A stretch of DNA of 64,000 nucleotides from Candidatus Bathyarchaeota archaeon (lineage in GTDB: Archaea > Thermoproteota > Bathyarchaeia > Bathyarchaeales > DTEX01): the NCBI GenBank assembly GCA_963714275.1, contig CAVQNT010000002.1:480001-544000 (forward strand), read 5' to 3'. Below, one piece after another: positions 1 to 9,350 of this stretch. The notes under the pieces were generated by a model that was not told where the DNA came from, did no database searches, and saw only the letters and a program-made list of their open reading frames with translations. Position numbers and translations under genes: made by a program. Numbering within the stretch: position 1 is the stretch's first letter; each line of letters opens with the position of its first letter.

Positions 1-497
1 TTCATTTATTGTCCTCAAAGACAAAAGGGTGGGCAAAATAGTGTGCGTAAGAAGCAAAGAAGAATACAACGAGTTCAAAGAAAACGCTATCGGCGAAGTT
101 CTAGCATACTGCTCAATTCAGCCTATTGAGGAGCAAGTCTTAAACACAAAAACTGGTCTGTCCGTCATGACGGAAAAGGCAACAATTTTCATCGAAAAAA
201 GCCAGAAAATCATTGAGATACAAAAGCAGCTGTTCGGTTTGGATTGTCAAAAATGCGGCAAAGCGACGTGCTGGGAGCTGGCTGATGCCATTTATAGAGG
301 CGAAGCTGAAGCTCGAAGAGTGCTTCCCGTTAAAAACCAAACATGAACTCAAAGCTACAATCATAGTTAAAAACGCCGAGGTTCCGGTTCAACCCTTCAT
401 CGCTGAAATTGTGCGAAAAACGGTTCTCGGCATGATTTCAACCCTAAAAGGAGTCGACATCAAAGGCGAAGAACAAATCTACATAAAAATATCGTAA
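1..497 (+). CDS. 3' part of a MobB-like (molybdopterin-guanine dinucleotide biosynthesis B) protein with Fe-S subdomain; 5' truncated by the window, frameshift near 320
   Basis: ORFs 29..346 (LDCQKCGKATC, putative Fe-S motif) and 213..497 (EEC...VPVQPFIAEIVRKTVLGMISTLKG) join into the C-terminal architecture I recall for archaeal MobB. Confidence 0.55.
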
Positions 498-600
498 AGT
501 ATCCCGTATTTACTGCATCTACTTGAAAATACAAAAAATCCCTTGGTACCGAACCAAAATTTAGTTTGGTTTACTACATAGTTACATTAAAATAAGATGT

Positions 601-714
601 TTAAGAATGGGTGGAAGTTAGACCATCAAGACCTTGATTAACGAAGCCTTACTATTCGCCAAATTTCTAAGGCATGAACGAGAAACATGGAAACCAAGAA
701 TAACTATTCTTAAG
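601..714 (+). pseudogene. C-terminal fragment of a Cas1-like gene (copy A)
   Basis: Frame from 601 reads LRMGGS*TIKTLINE-ALLFAKFLRHERETWKPRITILK, with an in-frame TAG at 619-621. Homologous to the minus-strand copy at 3584-3706. Matches the Cas1 terminal-helix pattern (recalled, not searched). Confidence 0.6.
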
Positions 715-788
715 CTAATGCTTTTATTATATTTAATAATAAGAAAATCGTAAGCAGGCAACTGCCATATATTTAGGAGAAGGCAGAT

Positions 789-1538
789 TTGTCTCGAAAG
801 AAAGAGAAAAAGCGAACAAAAACAGATTTGTTTCAAGAAAAAGGAAAAAAGCAGACTAACGTCTTGATTTTTTCCATATTGCTTTTAGTAGTTGGTTTAG
901 TAGCATTTGGAAGTGGCTTATTTCAGATATACCAATCAAGAGCAACTGAACTAGTAGTTTATTCAGTGACTAAACCTTGCAAAGCATATGACCAAAATGG
1001 CGAATTGGCAGCGTGGGTAAATGTAACAATGACGACCAATGTATCCGTTCCCCAACCAAGTATTCCAGTAAACATAACATTGCAAGTGAGAGGGATTTAT
1101 GTCCCTTCTGGCAATTGGACATATGCTTATTTGGAGGGAGCTACAGCTGCATTTCCAAATAAAGAACCTCATGACTGGAATCATGAAGTCAAGAGCGTCA
1201 TTGTTCTTAAACAGTTGAATGAATACTCTTTTGACTACATTGGTAGTAGAATCATGAATTATACATATGGAGGAACTTGGAACATCTATATACAAGTGGT
1301 CAGTGATACAATCTTTATTGTTAATAATATTCCTCCAAACCCAACGAATCTCCCTATGGCAATATATACTGTACCAAATGCTGTTGATATTGCCTCAGCG
1401 GAATATATTGCGCAGATGAAAGCTTCGGAGGAATCCACAAAAACTACTGCCTTTTGGTCAGGCATTGCATTAGTGGTTGCTGGTTTAAGTTCAATTATCA
1501 CAACAATTATCACCTATTATCAATACAAGTATAGGTGA
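789..1538 (+). CDS. Orphan membrane protein (two terminal TM helices around a beta-rich extracellular domain)
   Basis: 249-aa ORF; basic N-terminus, hydrophobic segments near both ends, several N-x-S/T sequons; AT-rich. Confidence 0.75.
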   Translation: MSRKKEKKRTKTDLFQEKGKKQTNVLIFSILLLVVGLVAFGSGLFQIYQSRATELVVYSVTKPCKAYDQNGELAAWVNVTMTTNVSVPQPSIPVNITLQVRGIYVPSGNWTYAYLEGATAAFPNKEPHDWNHEVKSVIVLKQLNEYSFDYIGSRIMNYTYGGTWNIYIQVVSDTIFIVNNIPPNPTNLPMAIYTVPNAVDIASAEYIAQMKASEESTKTTAFWSGIALVVAGLSSIITTIITYYQYKYR

Positions 1539-1560
1539 TATATTGAGTTTTAGCATATAA

Positions 1561-1803
1561 TTTGTGCGTGTTTTGTGTCTCTGTCTGTGGGGCATGGATG
1601 GGTGAGAGAGTGAGAGCGTCCGAGGGTGGCAGAGAAAGATTAAAATTTAATCCCCAAACCCAAACCCAAACCCAAACACACACAGACATTAATTAACTAT
1701 CATTAACTCTTACTCTCTCTCTTTCTTTCCCCCTGTGTGTGTCGGTCAGTCAGAGTCAGTCAGTCAGAGAGTCAGTCACACACGCACAAACAAACACACA
1801 CAC
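1561..1803. repeat. Low-complexity/microsatellite block: (CCCAAA)4, (GTCA)n, (CA)n and (CT)n, bounded by inverted repeat TTTGTGCGTG/CACGCACAAA
   Basis: Read directly: IR at 1561-1570 and 1781-1790; palindrome GATTAAA-A-TTTAATC at 1638-1652; CCCC AAA CCC AAA CCC AAA CCC at 1652-1673. Confidence 0.85.
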
Positions 1804-1912
1804 ATTAGCATTTCAACAAGTTAATCTCACTTTCCAAAAGAAAATCATGCAACTCAGAAAAAGGCACAGTTTCAATAAGCGCGTCACCAAAATCTAATTT
1901 TCTGTCTTCAAG

Positions 1913-3450
1913 TTAACTCTTTTTTAAAAGTATTATTCTTCCCTTCAACCCTTCTAATGTTGTCATGAAAAGCAAAACAATATCATCCACCTGTCTTAAT
2001 GTAAGAGCATTCATAATAGCATCTTTTAGTTTTTCCTCGTTTAACCATGTAGCTTCATGGTGAGGGATTGGTCGTTGTTTTAGAGAATCAACTTTGATTG
2101 CTATTATATCATGAATTTGATCCTGTGCACTTTCAATTGAACTTAGGAGGTTGTATGAACTAGCTCTTTTCACTTCTACCTTTTTATCGTTTATTGTCAA
2201 ATCGGGATGTTTGCCAAGTCTTACCTCAAGTCCATAGGATTTCGATATTCTCGCAAGGTAGCATTCTGAGGAAACATTGTATAGGTATTTTCTAAGTTCT
2301 TGGGTTGTCAAAATACCGTTCCAAATCCTTTTCTTCTCCCACTTCTGAAAGCTTTTAATATGTCCTCTAATTTCTTCTCCAAACTCTTCTATCTTGGGAG
2401 TTACGTTGATACCTAAAGATTCAAGTCTTCGAAGATTAATTGCAAGATTAAAGATGTAAACGTCTATTCCTTCTTCGATTCCAGTTTTAAGTATTATAAT
2501 AAGCGAACTTGTTTCAAGAGCCATCTGTAAAATCTCTGAATCTACATGAGTTTTTTCTAACAACCAATTCCATGACTCCACTACCTCTTGAATGCTCTGA
2601 GCCCCCAAGTATTCAGGGTTATACAAGATATGACCCAGACCGACGAAGTTCCCCTCGACCTTGAGACCAAATGAATCAAAATTTACTTCAATTTTTCCTT
2701 CTGTTTCTCTAAAGAGTTTCCCTATATCAAACTTCGCAATTTCTTTACCTTCATTATCTCTCAAGATTGATGGCTTTTTTTGGTTTAAAGCATTCCACAT
2801 ATTTTTGAAAAACCTTTCCTCGTTCCGTTCTCTTTCCTTTGATGTTGCCCTGATTTCTAGCTCAAAATTCTGAGATTCTACTGAATGTGCTTCCAAGTAA
2901 GAAAGAAGTATTCGATTCTCAAGGATACCGTCATCAAGCATCTTTCCAATGAAATCTTTACCAACCCTAAATTGGTAAATGTGTATTAGTTCAAGAATAA
3001 AAATCGCTAATCGTTCGGCATCTAATGAAAATATAAGTGGTCGGCTTAAGAGACTAATGGACTTCTGATTAACCTCTCTGAAAAGGTCTTCGGTTCTACT
3101 TTCACTCATTAAAACAACATTGTCAAAATTTATGAAACCCTTTTCTACAACCAACCTCTTTGTTTCGGGGTATTTTTTTAACCGCCTCTTTCTTTTAAGT
3201 GTCTCAGCAACGTACAAATTGAGATAGTCAGCTCTTCCCAAGCTTTGACTTCTTTAGACTTGAAGTCTTTAAGATTTAGCATGTCCAAATGAGAGTAGGC
3301 TTGCCATTCTTCTTTTCCCAGAAGTTCCCATCGTATTTTAGGTGTTTCTTTAGTGCGCAATAAGGCATTATGATTTATGTATCCTCTCTCAAACAGTTCA
3401 CATCCGACAAAGTACCATAGATCATTAGAGATAACAATTCTTTTTGCCAT
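1913..3450 (-). CDS. Orphan protein with C-terminal PD-(D/E)xK nuclease-like domain; probably one gene frameshifted near 3240
   Basis: ORFs 3178..3450 and 1913..3241 overlap; the C-terminus has SSE...HPDLTINDKKVEVKR...AQDQ, a restriction-endonuclease-like motif. Confidence 0.55.
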
Positions 3451-3583
3451 ATGTCTATAAGTATAGGTTCAGTTTATCTAAAACTTTTTCTTATCACCAT
3501 ATGACTGTGCCGCGATAAGCCTTACTAAGAAACAATTCCATTCAAAACATAAACCTATTATTCTTGTGTCGACAAAAGATTTT

Positions 3584-3706
3584 CTATAGAGATGCAATTC
3601 TTGGAATCCATATTTCTCGTTCACGTCTTAGAAACTTGGCAAATAGGAGAGCCTCTTCATTGATCAAGGTTTCAATAGTCTGCCTTTTACTTACTCTTAT
3701 CCTTAT
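3584..3706 (-). pseudogene. C-terminal fragment of a Cas1-like gene (copy B)
   Basis: Minus frame reads IRIRVSKRQTIETLINEEALLFAKFLRREREIWIPRIASL*, stop at 3584-3586. No ATG, and an upstream stop at 3728-3730. About 79% nt identity to copy A over 27 aligned codons (hand alignment). Confidence 0.65.
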
Positions 3707-4363
3707 TTTATATTTGTCTATGTCCTTTCATTTAACCTGACAATGCCTGCCTTTTTCTATCGTCTCATAATTTTATCGCTGTCTCCATTGCATGTTGTAG
3801 ATCTTTTGCCAACTCTGAAAGTCTGTCCTCAACCCTTCAATAACTCTCTTTTGTTCCATCACTTCTCTCTGGAGTTCTTGAACCTATTTGTATTATATAT
3901 CTTCCATTCTCCACTAAAAAAAATTTAATTTCTAGAGTAAAATAAACCGATAAATGATGTGAATAAGATATTCTATCTCATTAACGTTTTAAGAAAATTA
4001 TATAGATTTTTTCTAATAAAATATTTCTTTATAAAGAAAAAAATTGCATAACTTTTTTATTCAAACAGTGTTTGTGCCCCAAAATAACAGAACGAATGCG
4101 CCGTAAAACAGAACAGGTCTTCTCGGATTATCGAGTGTTACACAAAATTGAAAACCAGTTGTTACACAAATCAAATTAGCCTATATAATAGGCTTGAACC
4201 TAAATTAGCAAAATTTCCGAAAACAGACACATTAGGACATGATCAATAACTAAAAAAACAGGCATCATGGTTTAGTTCATGAAAAAGTTAATATCCCTCT
4301 TGTATGAATGAATGAGGTCAAAACAATGAAGGGTTCGTTCACAGAACCCGAATGGTGTAACGG

Positions 4364-6190
4364 ATGAGTGTAGCTAAGCCTGTTCTTTCGTATGCAAAAT
4401 CAATTAAAACGCAGGCTGAGCTTTCACGTTCAGTCGAAGCCTTCAAACGACTGCTAAAGTATCAAAAATCATATGTTCACTTCATAATTTCTATTGTAAT
4501 ATTATCCATTTTCAGGTCATATTTGTTCACGCTTGAACCCCTCTACACTTCGGACATAATAGACCAAGTCATCATCGCGGGACACGAAGAACTGCTGTTT
4601 GACTTGGTAATGAAAATTATGGTCACCATGATAATTTTCGGAATACTAAACCTCATCATAGGCTACATCCACGGCTACTTCGCCCAGATGGTAACCCGAG
4701 ATGTCAGGTCCGACTATTACTCCTCGCTTCAAAGCAAATCCTTCAACTTCTACGATTCAACAGCGGTCGGCGACCTAGTCTCACGAGCAACAATGGACCT
4801 GCAAGTAGTCGGAGACTTCCTCAGAACATGGGTCAGTGTCATATCCAACGCGGTCTTCACCATCCTAATCGTCTTCACAATCATGTACTCAATAAGCCCA
4901 ACCATGAGCCTAATTTCCATGGTACCTATGATCCCAATTTTCTACCTCACGACTCAGCTCTGGATAAAAACCATGCCGATGTTCAGAAAAATGATGCTCA
5001 TACTCGGAAGACTCGGCGCATACGTCCAACAGAACATCATAGGCATGAAAGTAGTAAGAATCTTCCAAAGAGAACACGAAATGGAAGACGGCTTCAAACA
5101 GGTCGAACAAATATTCGTCGACACAGCAATAGGCGCAGGCAAAATCCAGTCAAAATACATGCCTTCTGGACAAGCCATCCTGACCCTCGGCATCACAATG
5201 GTTTACGTTTACGCTGGGTCACTGATAGCTTCGCCCTCAACAATGTTCACGATAGGCCAGCTCACACTCTTCGTAAGATACATGATGAGACTCAGTTTTC
5301 CCCTACGAGACCTAAGCATGCTCTCAGGAACATGGATAAACGCCTCAGCAGGGCTCGAAAGAGTCTACGAAATGATGGACACACCCGTCGACGTTGAAGA
5401 CAAACCTGACGCACAAGACATCACAATAGAAAAAGGCGAAGTCGAATTCAGAAACGTAACCTTCGGATACGACAAAGAAAAACCCGTACTCAAGAACCTA
5501 AACTTTACAGTCAAACCCGGAGAAAAAATCGCAATCCTAGGAGCCACAGGCTCAGGAAAAACATCGCTCATATTCGACATCCCAAGATTCTACGACGTCA
5601 ATTCAGGAAGCATCCTCATCGACGGTGTAGATATTAGACGGTTCAAACTCACATCGCTAAGGAGGCAAATGGGAATCGTTCTACAGGACGTGTTCATGTT
5701 CACAGGAACAATCAAAGACAACATTGCATTCGGCAAACCAGACGCGTCAATGGACGAAATCATACGCGCAGCGGAACACGCGAAAATACACGACTTCATA
5801 CAATCACTGCCCGAAGGATACGAAACCGCCGTCGGAGAACGGGGCATAACCCTGTCAGGCGGACAAAGACAAAGACTGACCATTGCGAGGGCACTCTTAA
5901 CAAATCCAAAGATACTGATACTCGACGATTCCCTATCGTTTGTTGACGCAAAAACAGAACAGCAAATCCAGGACGCCATCGAAGAAGCCATGAAGGGCAG
6001 AACCTGCTTCATAATAGCACAACGGCTTTCGACAATAAAAGACGCCGACAAAATCATGGTCCTAGACAACGGCGAAATAGCCGAGTTCGGAACACACGAC
6101 GAACTCATAACCAAAGGAAAAATCTACCACAGAATCTACCAAACGCAGTTCCTAGAGAAAGCCCCAGAAGAAATCTTGGAGGTCGGGTGA
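4364..6190 (+). CDS. Heterodimeric ABC exporter subunit (TMD-NBD, degenerate-site half)
   Basis: GATGSGKT Walker A, LSGGQ signature, non-canonical LDDS Walker B and AQR switch; N-terminal TMD. Confidence 0.92.
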   Translation: MSVAKPVLSYAKSIKTQAELSRSVEAFKRLLKYQKSYVHFIISIVILSIFRSYLFTLEPLYTSDIIDQVIIAGHEELLFDLVMKIMVTMIIFGILNLIIGYIHGYFAQMVTRDVRSDYYSSLQSKSFNFYDSTAVGDLVSRATMDLQVVGDFLRTWVSVISNAVFTILIVFTIMYSISPTMSLISMVPMIPIFYLTTQLWIKTMPMFRKMMLILGRLGAYVQQNIIGMKVVRIFQREHEMEDGFKQVEQIFVDTAIGAGKIQSKYMPSGQAILTLGITMVYVYAGSLIASPSTMFTIGQLTLFVRYMMRLSFPLRDLSMLSGTWINASAGLERVYEMMDTPVDVEDKPDAQDITIEKGEVEFRNVTFGYDKEKPVLKNLNFTVKPGEKIAILGATGSGKTSLIFDIPRFYDVNSGSILIDGVDIRRFKLTSLRRQMGIVLQDVFMFTGTIKDNIAFGKPDASMDEIIRAAEHAKIHDFIQSLPEGYETAVGERGITLSGGQRQRLTIARALLTNPKILILDDSLSFVDAKTEQQIQDAIEEAMKGRTCFIIAQRLSTIKDADKIMVLDNGEIAEFGTHDELITKGKIYHRIYQTQFLEKAPEEILEVG

Positions 6191-8025
6191 AGCAGATGGG
6201 CAGCCCCTTCGGAGTCTTCTCAAAATACGAGGAGTCGAGAAAAAGAACCATCCCAGACCGAGTCCTAATCAAAAGACTCTACAGATTCATAAAACCCTAT
6301 AAAAGAAACCTCACAAAAGGCGTCGTCGCCATCATCCTAAGTTCAGTAACAGGACTACTTTCGCCTTACCTCCACAAGGTGGCAATCGACCAAATAATAC
6401 AGCCCCTAAACCTTTCAGGCTTCATATGGTGGATACCAATTTTCGTAATCGTAACTCTCAGCAACTACCTGCTTCAATACATCCAAGTTTTCCAGATGAG
6501 AATCGTCGGCGAAAACGTCGTCGCGGGAATAAGAGACGAAATGATGTCCAAGCTGCAGGCAATTTCGTTACGGTACTTCTCCGAAGGCGAAATCGGAAGA
6601 ATCATGTCAAGACCCATAAACGACTCAAATACAGTCAGAATCTTCCTAAGAATGGGACTAACAGAAATCATCACGGACGTGGCGTCAATACTCGGCTCCC
6701 TCATCGTAATCTTCGCCCTCAATGTCGAGCTCGCCTCGCTAGCAGTCGCCATCGTCCCCGTAGCGATCGCAGTATCGTGGCTTCTCGGAAAACTGTCAAG
6801 AGAAATCTACCGGAAAGTCCTCTCAACCCTTGGAGGACTAACGTCAAAAATAAACGAAAACCTTTCTGGCATAAAGGTAATAAAATCCTTTGTTCAGGAA
6901 GAAAAAGCAGCTGAAGAGTTTAAGGCAGCCCAGAAAAAAAATATTGACGCAAACCTCAGGGCTTTACTCGTTTCTTCAGCTTATCAACCCGTAGTCATGA
7001 CGATGAGGGTAATCGGAACCTCCCTGATTCTCTGGTTCGGCGCATTAATGGTCATCAACGGAGAAATCACATTAGGAACCCTCGTAGCCTTCATAGAATA
7101 CCAGTTCAGTTACTTCATGCCACTCATGACACTAGTCGCCGTATACGACCAGTACCAGTCAGCCATGGCAGCAATCGAAAGAATGTTCGACCTAATAGAC
7201 ACAGACGTCGAAGTGGAAGACCCAGCCACAGAAAAAGCAGTCGAATTAGGAACAATAGAAAACGTAAGGTTTGAAAACGTCACGTTTGGCTACGACCCAA
7301 AGGTTCCAGTAATAAAAAACATCAGTTTCACGCTTGACGAATCCAAAAAACTCGCGATAGTTGGACCGACAGGCGCAGGCAAAAGCACAATAATAAATCT
7401 TTTGGCAAGGTTCTACGACCCGTTAGATGGAAAAGTATTCATCAATGGACATAACTTAAAGGACATTAAGTTGTTGTCTCTCCGTCGACACATGAACATC
7501 GTTCTTCAAGACTCTTTCCTTTTCCCGATGAGCATCATGGACAATATCAGGTTCGGAAAACCAGAAGCATCCGACGAGGAAGTCATCGAAGCTGCAAAAA
7601 CCGTGGGCGCGCATGACTTCATAATGAAGCTTCCAGGAGGATACAACTACGTTCTGCACGAAAGCTCATCAAACATCTCCATAGGACAACGGCAACTCAT
7701 CAGCTTCGCAAGAACCCTTCTGATGAATCCTAGGCTCCTAATTTTGGACGAGGCAACCTCAAGCATCGACCCATACACCGAGCTCGTAATCCAGAACGCT
7801 CTGAAGAAGCTGCTTGAGAACAGGTTAGCAATCATCATAGCTCATAGGCTTTCAACCATAAGGCTTTGCGACGAGATTATAGTCATAGACCAAGGGAACA
7901 TAGTGGAAAAAGGAACACATTCTGAGCTCATGAAAAAAGGCGGAATCTACAGCTCATTCTACAAAATGCAGTTCAGAGAAGAAGAAGGCATAGAAGAAAC
8001 ATCAAAAGCTGCACTGAAAGCATAA
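6187..8025 (+). CDS. Heterodimeric ABC exporter subunit (TMD-NBD, consensus-site half)
   Basis: GPTGAGKS, LDEATS, AHR switch, non-canonical ISIGQ signature; 4-nt overlap with the upstream gene. Confidence 0.92.
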   Translation: MKQMGSPFGVFSKYEESRKRTIPDRVLIKRLYRFIKPYKRNLTKGVVAIILSSVTGLLSPYLHKVAIDQIIQPLNLSGFIWWIPIFVIVTLSNYLLQYIQVFQMRIVGENVVAGIRDEMMSKLQAISLRYFSEGEIGRIMSRPINDSNTVRIFLRMGLTEIITDVASILGSLIVIFALNVELASLAVAIVPVAIAVSWLLGKLSREIYRKVLSTLGGLTSKINENLSGIKVIKSFVQEEKAAEEFKAAQKKNIDANLRALLVSSAYQPVVMTMRVIGTSLILWFGALMVINGEITLGTLVAFIEYQFSYFMPLMTLVAVYDQYQSAMAAIERMFDLIDTDVEVEDPATEKAVELGTIENVRFENVTFGYDPKVPVIKNISFTLDESKKLAIVGPTGAGKSTIINLLARFYDPLDGKVFINGHNLKDIKLLSLRRHMNIVLQDSFLFPMSIMDNIRFGKPEASDEEVIEAAKTVGAHDFIMKLPGGYNYVLHESSSNISIGQRQLISFARTLLMNPRLLILDEATSSIDPYTELVIQNALKKLLENRLAIIIAHRLSTIRLCDEIIVIDQGNIVEKGTHSELMKKGGIYSSFYKMQFREEEGIEETSKAALKA

Positions 8026-8173
8026 AGCATACAAGACTTTGATGAACCTAAGAAGAAGACTCTACTAAGACTGAAGAGGCATTGACCATTAAATGTCTCA
8101 TTGATTATTAATAAAGAGCGTAAGAGTTATCCCGTTAACAGTTTCGTTTGACTCTTCTGGGAACGATTGGTAG

Positions 8174-9349
8174 TTACTTCCTAACTGCCCTGTCAAACAG
8201 TGGCACACCTAAAGCAATTGTTACAACGCTAATGATGACTAGGATGAACAGTTCGAATATTACTCCATCTAGACCAACCCCTAAAACCATCACCTTTCTT
8301 AACGCGTCCACAGCGTATGTCAGTGGCAAAACCTTGGAAACGTATTGAAGAGGAAGAGGCATCTGCTCTACTGGAAATAATACACCTGAAAGGAACATCA
8401 TGGGGAACTGAAGGAACCCTAAGATGAACTGGGCTGACTCCTGTTCCTTTGCTATGGCGGTGGCTACTATTCCTATGCCCAAGAAGCTGAGGGTTCCCAA
8501 GACTAAGATTACGGCTATGAGGAATGGGTCCCCGCGCACATGAACACCGAACACGAAGATGGCTAAGACGATGATGAGGGTTCCCTGTAACAAGTTCCGG
8601 ATCGTTTGAGCCAAAGTTTTACCCAGTATAATGGAGACCCTTGATATCGGAGCCATCAACAGACCATCCAAGGTTCCGATCTCCCTCTCTCGGGCGAGGG
8701 CAACTCCGACACCTGTCAGTCCTGACATCATCACTCCTAAACCTATGAATCCAGGAGCAACGAAGTCGAAGTAGCTGCCTCCACCAGTAACTATGCTTTG
8801 GACATCAGTCTGGATGGGTTGAAGAATGAATTGCGGATTAGCTCCTGGAATGCTTCTGACTATCAATGAGAAGGCAAACTGGTGGGATACTGCGTTGATG
8901 AGAGCGCTGAAACCTTGGATTATAGCAGAGGACAAGGCGATATTTGTGGGGTCGTTCAGAATCGTTATTTTTGCCTGATTATTTGAAAGCAGAGATTGGG
9001 TCAGGTTCTCAGGTATCACCACCGCGCCTTTAATCGTCCCCGCGAATATCATGTTCTTAGCATCGTCCACTGTATCGACATCAACTAGCTTGAATGCGGT
9101 CGAATTGAAGAGTGCTTGATGAATCATGTCGGAAACTTGCTTCCCCAAAGTGCTATTGTCTAGATTAATGATTCCGACAGAAACATCGTGTACAGCGTTT
9201 GTGGAACTGGGGAACATGTAGCCAAACATGGCAATAAGGAAAACAGGCATCACAATGCTGAAGAATAGCCCAATTCTATTCCTCTGAAACTCTTTTAAAT
9301 CTTTGTAGGCTATGGTTAGGATCTCTTCAACCGTTTTCAGTGGCTTCAT
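8174..9349 (-). CDS. ABC-2 type permease (YhhJ-like, with extracytoplasmic domain)
   Basis: REREIGTL, FLSGVLFP and PLTY motifs; probable start at MKPLKTV (9349). Confidence 0.88.
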   Translation of the reverse strand: MKPLKTVEEILTIAYKDLKEFQRNRIGLFFSIVMPVFLIAMFGYMFPSSTNAVHDVSVGIINLDNSTLGKQVSDMIHQALFNSTAFKLVDVDTVDDAKNMIFAGTIKGAVVIPENLTQSLLSNNQAKITILNDPTNIALSSAIIQGFSALINAVSHQFAFSLIVRSIPGANPQFILQPIQTDVQSIVTGGGSYFDFVAPGFIGLGVMMSGLTGVGVALAREREIGTLDGLLMAPISRVSIILGKTLAQTIRNLLQGTLIIVLAIFVFGVHVRGDPFLIAVILVLGTLSFLGIGIVATAIAKEQESAQFILGFLQFPMMFLSGVLFPVEQMPLPLQYVSKVLPLTYAVDALRKVMVLGVGLDGVIFELFILVIISVVTIALGVPLFDRAVRK

Positions 9350-9350
9350 C

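Noticed and set aside
498-600. attL/attR duplication of the tRNA-Leu 3' end
   Set aside because: No copy of TGCGGGAGGTGGG was found by eye at the left boundary, so tRNA-targeted integration is unproven.
619-621. In-frame TAG as pyrrolysine readthrough
   Set aside because: It aligns to CAG (Gln) in the other copy and sits in a gene fragment; a simple C>T change explains it.
1652-1676. (TTTGGG)n as a telomere or eukaryotic contamination
   Set aside because: Only four units, internal, and flanked by intronless prokaryotic-style genes.
601-3706. The two homologous segments as ordinary transposon terminal inverted repeats
   Set aside because: Divergence is mostly synonymous, indicating coding origin; no transposase or target-site duplication seen.
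500-4360. CRISPR array or complete casposon near the Cas1-like fragments
   Set aside because: No repeat-spacer periodicity, and no full cas1, cas2 or family B polymerase visible.
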